Source of the DNA: Psammoneis japonica
Lineage: Eukaryota
Length of the DNA: 64,000 bases
Direction: 5' to 3'
Assembly: GCA_008632985.1 (NCBI GenBank)
Contig: QPGO01000114.1
Location: forward strand, 186,001-250,000
This document shows positions 12,385 through 24,929 of the stretch, one piece after another. Positions within the stretch are counted from its first letter, which is position 1. Each line of letters begins with the position of its first letter. The notes beneath the pieces are model-generated. The model was not told the origin of the DNA. It searched no databases and worked only from the letters and a program-made list of their open reading frames with translations. A program made the translations under genes and the position numbers.

Positions 12385-13389
12385 TTATTTAGAGGTTATT
12401 GTGATTACTGTCCCTGGTTCTTTTTGTCGTTCAGGAGAAACAATTTCGCCGACCATATCCTTTTCCTGTGTATAATACACAAGCGGCCAGTCATGTCCAA
12501 AGACCTCGGGTGGACGAATCGACGTGACATCATAACAAACCGCAAGAGAAACGGGAGCATTGGTGGATGGAACGGGATCGTCCGTGTTTAGAAATTGCTG
12601 CGTGTAATTGGCGTCCTTGCCGTAATTTCGGTTGCCATACTTTGGTGCAATCACACCGCGTTGACAAAAAGGATCCAACAATGTCAATTGTACATTGACA
12701 ATTGGTTGTATGGATTTGAGTTGAGAAACAGCCGCGTCTGCAGCAAAGGCACCCACGGAAATTCCAATGAGATGAATGTTCTGAATCTTGTTTGACTTGC
12801 TCAGTAGTTGCGTTGCAATTTCTCGACCAATGGCCTCTCCATTGAAACTAGCCTGCAACAGATTTTGGGATGCTGCACTCCAATCCACCATGGCGCGGAA
12901 TCCTTGTGTTTTATTGCCGAGTGTTTGCATGAGAGCGTCAGTATAAATGTCTTGTCCACCAGCTCCGTGAAAGACCAACGTCACGTCTTGAATGGAATCG
13001 TCCCAAGACGGCAAGGGAGGTTGAATAAAGTACTCTTGTCGTTGTTTACTACTTCCAGATCTAGAATACCATTCTCCCAATACAGGGAGAGCAATTATGG
13101 CACCGCCAATCACTTTGAAAACACCTCGTCTTGACAATTCCCCGTCCTTGCCACCTCCGCGAGTTGAAAAGAGTTGAGTAAGAGAGGGTTCCGCCACAAT
13201 GCTTCTCCTTGTTTGCACCCAGCCTTGTTGAGCTCCTATTCTTGCAGCCGCCACGAGATTTGATGATACTTGATTGCATAATCGTGGAGGAAAAGCCGCT
13301 GTCAGCATGTTGTGTTGATTGCTCGTCAATGTCAACACCAACACAAGCGCTCTTGCTGTACCGGTAGTAGGACAGCAATGTTTCATCAC
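12385..13389 (-). CDS. Alpha/beta-hydrolase (lipase-like), predicted plastid-targeted
   Basis: VFHGAGG, nucleophile elbow HLIGISVGAF, TLLDP and GHDWP. Hydrophobic signal ending TAAF-P (ASAFAP-like), then SRRGVF twin-arginine-like segment and a hydrophobic helix. Confidence 0.82.
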   Translation of the reverse strand: MMKHCCPTTGTARALVLVLTLTSNQHNMLTAAFPPRLCNQVSSNLVAAARIGAQQGWVQTRRSIVAEPSLTQLFSTRGGGKDGELSRRGVFKVIGGAIIALPVLGEWYSRSGSSKQRQEYFIQPPLPSWDDSIQDVTLVFHGAGGQDIYTDALMQTLGNKTQGFRAMVDWSAASQNLLQASFNGEAIGREIATQLLSKSNKIQNIHLIGISVGAFAADAAVSQLKSIQPIVNVQLTLLDPFCQRGVIAPKYGNRNYGKDANYTQQFLNTDDPVPSTNAPVSLAVCYDVTSIRPPEVFGHDWPLVYYTQEKDMVGEIVSPERQKEPGTVITITSK

Positions 13390-13841
13390 AAATTATAATT
13401 GATAAAGAGGATTAGTCCTTTATGTCTTGTTGTTGATGGCTCGGCTGCTATCGTGAAAAGCGATAGCCATCAAGCGGCTTCACCATCGCCATCACTTCGT
13501 TGTTATTTGAGTGCGCACCCCACGAGAGAAAAAAATGAGAGCAAAAAGTCGTGAAGACGTCATCGGATCTTACGCGAGCAAGTACGTCACACCTTGTTAC
13601 GTAGCTTTCAGTACCAATTTGTGTATCGTAAACTTAATACCAATTCCTACGTGTCTCCAACTTCAACAATTCAAATTTGGAAATTTCGACGTCAGCATTT
13701 GTGACCCATCCGATCGAAACAACTCCGAATTTGCCAAGTGTCGCTCGCAAAAGAAGAATTCCGATTGGGCGTTTTGTTGTTGTCAGTCTGCCAACAACAG
13801 CAACAAAAAACAAAACGAGAAACGTACGTTGCTTCTCAGCC

Positions 13842-15305
13842 ATGCCGAATCATCCTACTGATAATGACGTTGTAACCAAGGTGTTGCACAGTCTCATGGA
13901 AGTTGTCGATGCTCTTGTGGAGCTCTATCTAGGCAAGGTGATTGCTCCCTTTCTCAAGTTGCACGAACGTTTCTATTCTCGTCTCAACGCCGTACTACGG
14001 GGCTTGCTGGACGACAATGCCGTTCCCGACTGGTTTACGGCCAATTTCATCACGTACGCACGAACCCTCGTGGTGATTCCCACCATTTTACTCTTGGCAT
14101 GTGGTCAACGCGTCTTGCCAGCCATTCTGGTGTTGTTGGTGGACTTTGGAGACTTTCTGGACGGGGTAGTGGCAAGGTATTGGGTGGATAAAAAGAAGGA
14201 ACGAAAAGAGCAAATGGATAAGCTCTTCGAGAAGAAGAATGATGATGCACCGAAAAAGAACAAGGACACACCATCGTCTTCAGATGATGATTCGTATGGT
14301 AGGAACAACTTCTTTCTCAGAAACGAATGATTGTCTGAGAATTATGCAAGTACGTCTCACTTTTCTGTGTACTGTGTTCTTGTTTTGCAGAAGTCGTCAC
14401 GACTGGATCGGCTCGTGTCATTCCATCCTGGTCCAACAGTCACCGTGCCAAACAATACGGTGGCTTCGTCGATGCCGTGTGCGACAAGGCCTTTGTGGTG
14501 CCGTGCTGGATTTTTCTCATGTCGTCCACCGTGTCGTCCTCGAGCTGGCGCATCAATTGGTTGCAGTACCTGGTCTTGTGGTGTTTGATTTTGGCAGAAT
14601 CCGCGTCGGCTACCATTCGCTTTCGTGCCTTCTTCTTGTCGGGTGGAGTGTCGGCACCCAAGGTTCAGGGATTGGATTTCTCAACGAGTGCAGTCAAGGT
14701 GTGTAATACACTGTTGCTGAGAACGATCTTTTTTGTCTGATGCGGATAAATCCCAGTCTCACTCCTTGCTCTCTCAATATGTCGTATCAATATGCTTTTG
14801 CCCACAGGCCGATCATATTGGCAAGGCCAAGCAGACGTTTGAAATGGTTGGCACGACCCTTTTGATTTTACCCAGCGTTCTCAAATATGTTGGATTGGCT
14901 TTTTTGACGGCTGCCGTTCCCTTGGCGTATGAATCGGTCCGTCGTAAAGTCAAGAAGCGAACCATGTATGTCAGCACGGCTGCTACCGGTAGTAAATTTG
15001 ATCACTCGACACTCAAGTTTTGGATGCAAACCAAGTCCATGGGTTCCAAATTGGTTGTAGGCGTCAATGACAAGGACATGGTGTTGAATGCATGTGCGGC
15101 GTCCAGTGTGGATCAAGTCATTGTGGAGGCTCCGCAGAAGGTGGATTTGATGTTTTTGGAAAAGTTTGGAATTGATTACGTAGTTGCCACGGTGGGACAA
15201 GAGGGGCTCGTGACGCAAGAGTTGATGGCAGCCAACCGTTGTTTGATGTTACAAGGGGAGATTGCGCAACCTCTTTTACCAAAGCAAGATGTACACAAGG
15301 ACTAA
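13842..15305 (+). CDS. CDP-alcohol phosphatidyltransferase with C-terminal cytidylyltransferase-like domain; 3 exons (13842-14298, 14391-14698, 14808-15305)
   Basis: ANFITYAR and DFLDGVVAR...YGGFVDAVCDK form the CDP-AP motif, followed by GKAKQ. GT-AG introns keep the frame. C-terminal SKLVVGV...VDQVIVEAP..VDLMFLEKFGIDYVV is cytidylyltransferase-like. Confidence 0.85.
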
Positions 15306-15519
15306 GAAGAGGAACGCTTTTTGTTGATAAAAGACCGAGCGGGAAATGCCGATCTACTTATTTGTGAACGAGCTCTGACACAGAAAAGCGCTGTTGTTAG
15401 TTGCGCTGTTGTTAGTTGCAAGAAAAGCGAAAACACGTTGTCCTTCTGTACCGTTTCTGTTATAATAATAAGCTACTCATGCATTGATTGTTCTTGGAGT
15501 TTGTATTATAGAGTATTTC

Positions 15520-17427
15520 TTATAATATTATGCGGAGCACAACGGTAGACGAGATTATGCCAATAGCCCAAACAAAATATGCTAAGCCCACGCCGTATCG
15601 TACTCCGGCGCTCCGTGCGCCGGTCGGTGCCTTTGTGCTTCTGGCTCCCAGCTCGTAACCAAAAATCCCATCAGGATCGTAGACTGCATCACCCTGAAGC
15701 AGCGTTGCAGCAATCTCGGCATTCTTTATATCGGCTGGCGCCATGGAGAAAATATCATCGTTGAGAATGACCAGATCGCCAAACTTGCCCACTTCGATAG
15801 AACCAGTCTTGTCGCTGTGCTGCAACAGCTTTGCGGGATTCAGCGTCATAAAGAGGATTGCTGTTTCCAAGTCTGACAAGGACTTTCCATTGGGACGTGA
15901 CAATAAGGTGCTCAATTTGGTTAGCGGAGAGAGCTCACCGGCATCCCAGTCGCTACTAATCACCACTATAGCTCCAGCTTTGTGCATTTCGACCACGGGA
16001 ATTATGGAAGCCGCACGATTGTTTCCAATCAAGTCGTTTGCCAAAAAATTTTCATATTCCAACGTGGCAGTGCTCGGAGCAAGTTGAAAGTCAGCCACTA
16101 CATTCAAAGAAGCAAATCGTGACTTGTCTTGCTCTGCCACCATGTACACGTGCGTCAATCGATGCTGAATGTTACTTGTCGTTGACGCTTCAATAGCATC
16201 CAATGCCAAACCAGCTGCACGATCGCCAATGACGTGGAAATTCAATTGAAAGCCTTCATTGATCAGGGTTTGAGCAACATTCGTCAAGGTTGCAGCGTCG
16301 CCAAAGTACTCGAACCCCAATTCTTCTTCATTGGAGAGTCCCAGCGACGGCAAGTACGAATCATACAATGCAGCTGTAGCGAGTGACAAGATACCGTCTA
16401 CGTAAATCTTGGCTTGATTGAATCGAACCAAGGCATTTGGATCATTGGTGAACTTTGATTTCAAATCATCAAGTTGGTCTTGAATGGGCGTGTCTGGGTA
16501 AATGTAGAGACAATTGCTGGCTCTGACAGTCAACATGTCGTTTGACTCTGCTCGCGCCCAAGCTTCTGTTTGTGCTTGACGCCCGTACCCACCAGCATCA
16601 CTTACCGTCGTAATTCCATTTGCAGCCAACACTTCCAGAGAGCCCAACAGAGCTTTGTATGCCGCATCCTTGTTGGCTTGGGTGGGTGGGAAGGATGCGT
16701 CGCGCAGTGGCTGTTGCGCATTCTCTAATACAATACCAGTTGGTCGATTGGTGTCAGGGTCAAGGTCAATAATACCACCAGGTGGATCCCCCGTTAAACG
16801 GTCGTACCCCACAATCTCGAAGGCCCGAGAATTAGCAACCGCTCCGTGTCCGAGGCTATCAACAATAAGCACCGGAGTATCCGGATACGCTCGGTCCAAG
16901 ATTGTTATAGGATAATCCAAGTTGAAATCATTCTCTAAACTCTCCCATATGAAAGCAATATCAATACCAGCACCCATAATCCATCCCTGGTCTCCAAATT
17001 CTCCGCCATTTTCGCATTCGTTTTCGAATATGAAGGGAATGTCACGTATGTCAACGTCCTCGGGAATGTAGCAAAGGTTTCCAAAAATACCAGACTCTAC
17101 AGCATGCAAATGGACATCTTGAAAGCCAGGCAAAATCAAACGTTGGTTTAAATCCATGTATTCGACATTTGCTCCACCAGCAACGGCGGCATTGACTTGC
17201 GCTGCCGATCCCACAGCTATGATTTTGCCTTCGTCATCGATTGCTAGGGACTCAGCCCAAGGGTTGGACTCGTCAACCGTGTAAATTTTTGCATTTTCCA
17301 GAACCAATATTTCACCACATATTTCTGTTGGAATAATAATGACAGCCAACAAGAGCCACACCCAACTACAAGCGCAAGAAACAACTGCACGTGCACGTGC
17401 TGCTTCAGGACGAAAAAGGGAATTCAT
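15520..17427 (-). CDS. Amidohydrolase-3 (YtcJ-like) metal-dependent hydrolase, secreted or membrane-anchored
   Basis: ENAKIYT, LILPGFQDVHLH, KIYVDG, HVIGDRA, SSDW and GSIEVGKFGDLVIL. N-terminal signal peptide and hydrophobic C-terminus. Confidence 0.9.
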   Translation of the reverse strand: MNSLFRPEAARARAVVSCACSWVWLLLAVIIIPTEICGEILVLENAKIYTVDESNPWAESLAIDDEGKIIAVGSAAQVNAAVAGGANVEYMDLNQRLILPGFQDVHLHAVESGIFGNLCYIPEDVDIRDIPFIFENECENGGEFGDQGWIMGAGIDIAFIWESLENDFNLDYPITILDRAYPDTPVLIVDSLGHGAVANSRAFEIVGYDRLTGDPPGGIIDLDPDTNRPTGIVLENAQQPLRDASFPPTQANKDAAYKALLGSLEVLAANGITTVSDAGGYGRQAQTEAWARAESNDMLTVRASNCLYIYPDTPIQDQLDDLKSKFTNDPNALVRFNQAKIYVDGILSLATAALYDSYLPSLGLSNEEELGFEYFGDAATLTNVAQTLINEGFQLNFHVIGDRAAGLALDAIEASTTSNIQHRLTHVYMVAEQDKSRFASLNVVADFQLAPSTATLEYENFLANDLIGNNRAASIIPVVEMHKAGAIVVISSDWDAGELSPLTKLSTLLSRPNGKSLSDLETAILFMTLNPAKLLQHSDKTGSIEVGKFGDLVILNDDIFSMAPADIKNAEIAATLLQGDAVYDPDGIFGYELGARSTKAPTGARSAGVRYGVGLAYFVWAIGIISSTVVLRIIL

Positions 17428-18089
17428 GAGCCTTTTCTTTTTCTTCTTCCTGTCCAACTTTCCAATTCTCTCTCATATAAGGTCTCTTGGATCAAGTCAC
17501 AAAGCACCCATGACAATTGAAACGAATGGAGAGGTTGCTTGGCAACGAGTGACAGCGTCTAACACATCAACACAACAGTTGTTGAACATCCAATACCCTT
17601 ACTGCATCATCGACTACTTACAGTAGCCTGTGGTGTTATATAGAGTGCACGCGTGGCAGGTTCAAGGAGTGCATTGAATTTGGTTGCGCTTCTAATCTCA
17701 TGCGAGGTCTGGGTTTCGCTCGCGCAAGTTTTGATGACCCTGTCTGGCGCCGGATCGACTTGTCAATCTTGATTTTGGCTGTCTCGAACACTTGATGTGA
17801 GTGGCAGCTTGATCCAAGGCAACGGTGTTGCATCATCTCCACATGCACAGCTGGTCGGTCAGCATGTGTCTTGAGAGCGCCAAAAGCAGGGCTCGCCCTC
17901 CTGCGTGTGCCTGAGTTGCCACTGGGGTGCACCACAATGCACAAGGAGCTCTGAATGACACCTGTGTGGCTTCCCAACCAATCACATGGTGGGTGCTGAG
18001 GGCACCCAGTGTGGCTCTGCAAAGTGGGGCTGCTGCAACTCTTTGGTCTTTGGCGGTGAAGAAGACAGGCAACAAGGGCTGCTCAAACT

Positions 18090-19560
18090 TCAAAAGAAGC
18101 CTGGCAGCCATGCACACACAGTCTGCTCATGCACAGCAGACCCAACCAGCTGACAAGTGCAAGTCTGTCCCTCAACAAAGGAATGGACAATGCTGGGCCA
18201 GCTCTGATGAAAAGCCCGCATCTCAGCAAACCTTTCTTGGAATGGTGCACAAACCACTCAAAGCACAAGAGAGGCAAGGACCTGTCAATTTGAGCACCCC
18301 AGAGAAAAGCGTGCTGTCAACATCACAGTGGCTTCTGGAGAAGCTGTGCACCAGTCATGTTGATGTTCAAGAAAATGGCAGAGCATCAACTCCCAAAAGA
18401 ACATTCAGCTGACTCTCATGGCAACAACAAGGACAATGGTGTGCACTCAGCGGACATGCACAGGCTGTGTCCAGAAGGTGTTTCCACCGTTCACTTGTCT
18501 CACAGCTGGCATTTCCAGAGAAAGTCAACGCAATTGGACAACATTCATGCACTGCATTTCTGGGCAAAGTTGGGTTTCTTCTCATTTCTTGTTGTTGTGC
18601 CATGTCACAATGTTTTGTGACCCACACATGTTTTTGCTTTGAAGCTTCTGCTTGCGCTCCACCAACCACCAACAGCTTTTCTTGCAGGGCATGGCATGCA
18701 TGAAAAACTTGGTTTTTCTTGTGCAAGTTTTCATGACCCGCTTGAACAGAATGTGGTGCAGGCATTGTGTCTCCACAAGTGCAGCTGGTCAAAACGTGTG
18801 TCTTGAACTGGCAGCATCAGTGCAGAGACAGACCAGCAGTGCTGTCTTCCCAACAGGGGCATCTGGCACATGCACTGATCTGGGGTGAGAAAACAGGCTT
18901 CCTGAAAGGCCATGCAGCACTGTCCTGCAGCCCAAAAAGTGCCACGGTGCCAACAAAAAACACTTGCAGGATCAAAACCTGCAGCAGCCAGGCTCATTTG
19001 GCTCACAAACCAAATGAGAGTCAAAACGGGATTTCAGGTGCAGAAAAGATGGGCAGAACAATGATGCCACAATCTGACAGAGCAGGAGCAGCAAACAGAA
19101 AAACAAGCATGAGGACCTTTCTGCAAGCTGGCAACAGCAAACAACATGTCATGTGCCATCAAAAATGAGTGAGAAAAGACCTCAGAAAGATCTGCTCTGC
19201 CCCCATCCATCTGAAAAGGAGCTGACAGCCATCCACATGCAGTCTGCTCATGTGCAGCAGACCTGGTGTGAGCTGACAAGTGAGTCCATCTCAACACAGG
19301 AGTTGACAATGCTTCAGGCTTGCTGTGGCAAAAGGGCTGCATCTCAGAAAACCTTTGGAGTGGTGCACAAATCACTCAAATGCCTCAGAGCAAAATTTGC
19401 CCTCACAATGCTGGCTTCTGGAGAAGCTGTGTGCCAGTCATGTTGATGCTCAAGAAGATGACAGAATGTCAACTCCAATGAAAAACATGCTACAAATGGA
19501 CATGGCAACAAGGCAGTGTGCTTTCAGTTCACATGTGTGCAGGCTGTGTCCAAAAGAAGG
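18090..19560 (+). repeat. Diverged direct repeat pair (~18090-18480 and ~19210-19560)
   Basis: Shared strings cagtctgctcatg..cagcagacc, catctcag.aaacct, ggcttctggagaagctgtg..ccagtcatgttgatg.tcaagaa and aggctgtgtcca. Confidence 0.75.
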
Positions 19561-20709
19561 TGGCTCCACTGCAGATGCCAGCACCAGGTGTTTGTCCTGT
19601 TCATGCTGAGAGACTGCATTGACAAAGCTGAGCTCAAGAATGCTGCAATGGCCCACACATTTGTCCATTTGCTTCATGGTGCAGCACAGAGACAGCATCA
19701 CAAGTTGCATGGCTGCATGGGTGCATTGAACCAAGAACCAGCTGAAGCCAAACAAGCACAGCACTTTTGTCCTGGATGGCAACCACTGCAGACAAATTGG
19801 TGCAAACTCCATTTCCCCAAGAGGGTTGAGAGCTGATGATGCAGAGAAGACAGACACCTGCAAGACTGACCCATCAGCACAGACCAGGTCAGAGGCATCT
19901 TGCAAGCCACGCAGATGCCAAGTCAGATGTCAATGCCTGTGCAAACAAGTTGGAGGTTGCAAGAGCCCCAGACATGGAAAAGACTCCACTTTGGCTAGGA
20001 AAAGAAGAGAAAATGACCACTGGCTTGCTTGCCAAGCTTCCAGCAACCCTGACTTGGCCATTGCAGTGGTGAAAGACCCTGAAGGGGCCCAAGGTGTCTG
20101 GCGTCATTGACCAACAGAAGACTCTGCATTGTCCTGACTTTGATTCCATCATGTCTGCTGTCAAAAGCAAAAAAGCACAGCCCAAACAGTTGACAAACTT
20201 GAGTTCCATGAGGGTCAGACAACCCTGCTTTCCACCAGCAGCATGTGCAAGATTCTTGCAGTGACCCCTGCTGCACTTCTCTGATTGAGCCTTGGGGTGG
20301 AGCAACAAGCATGTGGAGCCACTCAAAAACTCAATGTTCAAAAGGACATGGCCATGGTGGCTGACCATCACAGCTGCCATCAGTGGCAGATTTTGTTCTG
20401 TGCATTGGAGTGCTGCATTGCTTGTTTTCTCCAGCAGGCACTGCATTGGAGTCAGAACCCACTGTGTGATTTGTTCCATTCACTCTGGACCCAAGAAAGG
20501 ATGTGAGCTTGTCTGCAACCTTGACAGCACTCACTTGCCACATGTTGGACTCTCATTGCATGGGTGACTGTCTTCATGGTTGGCAAGATTGGCTGGAAGG
20601 ATGGGAGCAGCAGCTGTGGTTTCATTTGGCACTTCCTTCATTTTGCAAATGACAGGAAGGTGCAGCACCTTGTGGGGTGCCAGCATGAGTGGATGAGCTT
20701 GTGAGCAAG

Positions 20710-21790
20710 GGGCACAGCTGCACCAGTTGAGCCTTGCAACACTCAACAATGGCTCTCCAAGTGTTCCCTGGGTTCCCTTGGAGACACACAGGGCCCTCAG
20801 CTTGCAGTTGTCAGGCAGGTTTTGTTGGTTGCATCAGGGTGTCCTCTCCCTCTTGAGTTGTTGGGAGCTTCGGCTCTCACTCTGGAAAATGGGTGAAGTG
20901 ACTGAGGGGTGCAGCTGCACCAGATGGACATTGTGCAATGCTCCACCGCCATTCTAAAAATGTTCCCTCTGGGTTTCACTGGCAACTTTCAATGCCCTCA
21001 GCAGCCTGCAGCTGTCATGTTGATCAGTTGCACCAAGGTGTCTCTCACTCTGGAGTTGGGAGCTTCAGCTCTCACTCTGGGGTGAGTGAAGTTGCTGGGG
21101 GTGCAACTGCTCCAGACGAGCCTTGCAATGCTCCGCCACCATTCTGAAAGTGTTCCCTGGGTTCCCCTGGAGACCTTCAATGCCCTCAGCCTGCACTTGT
21201 TGTGATGGTTGGTTGCACCAGAAGGGTGTCCTTTCACTCTGAAGTTGGAGACAGCTGGCCTCAGAAGCTTTTGCTCTGGCATGTGGGTGAAGTGATTGGG
21301 GGAACAGCTGTGCCAGATGAGCCTTGCAACACTCTGCCACTGTTCTCAACATGTTTCATGGGATCATCCAAAGACCTCCAGTGCCCTCAGCATGCAGTTG
21401 TCAGGATGGTTGGTTGCATCAGAGTGTCTCTTTCCACTCTGGAGTTGGGAATTTCAGCTCTCACTCTGGCACGGAAGAGCAGTTGGGGGGGGGGTGCAAC
21501 TGAGGCGAGCCTTGCAACACTCCATCACCATTCTCAAATTGTTCTCCTTTTTTGACAGGACACCTTCAATGCCCTCAGCCTGCATTTGTTGTGTTGGTTG
21601 GCATTGCCAGGGTGTCCTCTCTCTCTGGAGCTGGGAAGCTGGCCTCAGCTCTTGCTCTGGCAGCATGGACACAGTGACTGGGGGGCACAGTTGCACCAGA
21701 TGAGCTTTGTGACACTCAATTGCAGCTCTCAAAGTGTTTGCTGGGTTCCCTGGGAGAGACCTTCAATGCCCTCATCTTGCAGTTGTTGGG
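20710..21790 (+). repeat. Tandem repeat, ~195-bp unit, ~5.5 copies
   Basis: Recurring gcaccagatgagccttgcaa.., cttcaatgccctcagc and ctctcactctgg; units start near 20710, 20908, 21099, 21300, 21492 and 21683. Confidence 0.85.
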
Positions 21791-22049
21791 TTCTCTTCTC
21801 ACTTCTGTCCAGTTGGAGCAATGCACAGACCATTCCGAAACAGCCGCGAGCAACAGATTGCACAAGTGACTGACAAAAGCAGTCAAAAAAAAACATGTCA
21901 TTGGTTTTTGAGAGGTGGTTGCTCATTTTTTTCTCACCCTGCAAACATGGACTGCCAACACACATGATTTTTCAAAAAGTGAGACAAAACTTTGAGTGGC
22001 TGCATCGCCGCCATTGATTCCTCATTCACAGTGAAACACTCATGAGATT

Positions 22050-23605
22050 GTCTCTGTTTGAGCATGTGGCACACATGCATTGGCACCATCTCAACAAGTG
22101 CTCACAGCACAGCTCTGTGTCTTTCTTTGTTTCATTTGTTTTAATTCAGTGGCCTTTGAGTCTCTTCCCTCCAAGGTGGAGTCTCATTTTTGTTTCTTGC
22201 AGCCTTTGGACATGCAGAAGAGCATGGTGATGGCTTGCACCTTGTCAATCTGGGGTTGTCATCTCATCAGGTCCATGCTTTGCAGTGACAAGGTGTCAAC
22301 TGCTGCCTCGTGACATTGTGTGGAGCACCCATGTGTGGGTCATGCCAGGCAAGACAGCCACAAGATTGGGTTTCTTGGTGTGCATCATGACACACAAGCA
22401 TTGGCCCAATCTTGACAAGTGCTCACAGTCTTTCTCCACACTTTTTAGCTTTGCTGGTTTCAACCCAGTTTCTCTTGAGTCCATCTCATTTGAGGGGTGT
22501 TTTGTTTTGTTCTTTTTGTGGCCTTTGGATCTGCAGAAGAGTGTGGGGATGACTTGCACCTTGTCAATCTAGGGTCATTGTCATGAGGTCCATGCTTTGT
22601 GGTGACAAGGCCTCAACTGGTCACAAACTGAGAATGTGCCTGATGTCGTGTGGAGCACCCATCAATTGGTCATGCCAGGCAAAACAGCCACAAGATTGCA
22701 TCTGTTGGTGCACATGATCCACAAACATCAGCTCAGTCTGGACAAGTGCTCAAAGTCTTTCTCCACACTCTTTCAGCTTCACTGGTTTCAACTCAGTTTC
22801 TCTTGAGTCCATCTCATTTGAGGGGTCATGTTTTGTTTTGGTTTTTTGTGGCCTTTGGATCTGCAGAAGAGTGTGGGGATGACTTGCACCTTGTCAATCT
22901 GGGGCTGTTGTCATCATCAGGTCCATGCTTTGCAGTGACAAGGCCTCAACTGGTCACAAACTGAGGGTGTGCCTCACAATGTGTGGAGCACCCATCAATT
23001 GATCATGCCAGGTAAGACAGGAGCCACAACATCAGATCTGTTGGTGTGCATGATGCACAAGCACTGTCTCAGTCTGGACAAGTGCTCACAGTCTTTTTGC
23101 TCACTTTTTCAGCTTTGCTGGTTTCAACCCATTTCTTCTTGAGTCCATCTCATTTGAGGGTTGTTTCATTTTGGTTTCTTCTTGTGGCCTTTGGATCTGC
23201 AGATGAGCATGGGAACAACTTGTGCTTTGTCAATCTGGGGTGGTTGTCATTGGGTCCGTGCTTTGTGGCAACAAGGCCTTGACCAGCTCCACTGACCAAA
23301 CACATGCCTCACAATGCATGGAGCACCTGTCAACTGGCTGCACCAGATGAGACAGCCACAAGATTGCGCACTTGTCAGTGTGTGTGATGCACAAGCATTG
23401 GCTCAGTGTGGACAAGCACTCACAGTCTTTCTCCACACTTGTTTTGCTTTGCTGGTTTCAACCCAGTTTTTCTCAAGTCCATCTCATTCAAGGGGTGGTT
23501 TGTTTTGGTTTCTTGTGGCCCATGGATCTGCAGAAGAGTGTGGGGATGACTTGCACCTTGTCAATCTGGGGTTGTTGTCATCATCAGGTCCATGCTTTGT
23601 GGTGA
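22050..23605 (+). repeat. Tandem repeat, ~320-335-bp unit, ~5 copies
   Basis: gcagaagag..ggg.atgacttgcaccttgtcaatct recurs near 22214, 22532, 22863, 23199 and 23530. Confidence 0.88.
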
Positions 23606-24929
23606 CTCCATTGGTGGATCCATTGGCTTGAAATTTTGAAGACAGCACATGCAGTTGGCCAAGGAAAAGCACTCTGCCTTTTTGCCTGCATGGCCATGAG
23701 AAAATGATTGCAGTGCCAAGCAGCAAGCAGCAAGTGGCTGAGCAGCAGGAGCATGCCTGCCAGTTTGCTTCGGGGGTTCATCATGGAACAGGCAAATTTG
23801 CCAATTGCACTGCCTTTTGATTGCAGGAAGATGGCAATTCAAACTGACACCACTGCGGTTGGCACAAAAATGGAGTGGAGTTGTCAACAATGCTGTTGTT
23901 GGAAAAGGTGCATTGAGTGCACTGTGGTGCACCTTGCGACTGTAAAATTGAAACATTTGCACACTCCAACTCACTGCTGCTGTTGCTGTTTTCTTCATTG
24001 TGTTTTTTCAGTTTGAATTTCCCAGGGACCCAAGGACACCGAGAACACAAAACAACCATGGCCATTTTCTCAGCTCCTCACACTGTCCCCAACCACATTG
24101 TCATGGGATCCTTCTCCCATCCCAGTGAGACAGACAAGGCCAACCCCAGTGCTTCCTCCAATGAGTTCAAATTGTTGCCTCATGCTCTGTTGGGTGCAAC
24201 TGGGAGTTTCAGAGCAAGGTGGACAACCAGGAGCAGTCATCCTTTCAGGTGGTCCACACAACCAAGTCTCAGATTACCACCAGCTCCAGAGCTGTCAGTT
24301 TGTCACTCCCGCTGGGCGTTGTTGGCAGCACAGTGTTTGGTTGTGTTGAGTCAATGAGGGCTGTCCGGGAGACATGGGAGGACCTGACAGTGGACAGGAT
24401 TGCTTTCTGAGTGCAGCTGTCAAAGCCACAGAGGGACTCCATTTGTCTCTGGGTCCTGGCTCAAGTGAATCTGAAGCAACCCGAAGCTTTTGAGTCCAGG
24501 GGAGTTAGAGACATTGTCTTCCCCGAGACAGAGATCGCAGGCAAGCTCAGCCAGACAACTTGCCATTGCCGGTTTCTTAGACCAAAGTGTGCCACCAACT
24601 TTGGACTCTTCCAGGAGAATTGGAACAAGACATCAGGGCCTTCTGAGGTGAGCAAATTTGTGACATATTTGTCACTGCATGACCACCCAAAGAATGTGAC
24701 CATCCCAAGATCCTCACACCATCCTTTCTGTTGTGACTTGATTTGCTCTTTCATGTCTCGACCGATTTTTCCTTGGATGGATGCGAGGAACAGAGAGCAT
24801 TGTTGATGTGCTTGGATTCGGTGAGCTCAGAGCATTTTAGATGCTCATCGTCTCGCACTCCAAAATTTGTGTTGGCATCTGAATTCTTTCCCGACCTGAC
24901 GGGTGTGCAGAAGTGACACAATCACTCCA

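Noticed and set aside
15520..17427. Amidohydrolase as the candidate adenine-deaminating mutator
   Set aside because: It is YtcJ-like with a signal peptide and hydrophobic C-terminus, so it is unlikely to be nuclear; proximity is not evidence.
20710..23605. CRISPR-like array
   Set aside because: Long diverged units without unique spacers, in a eukaryotic context with no cas genes.
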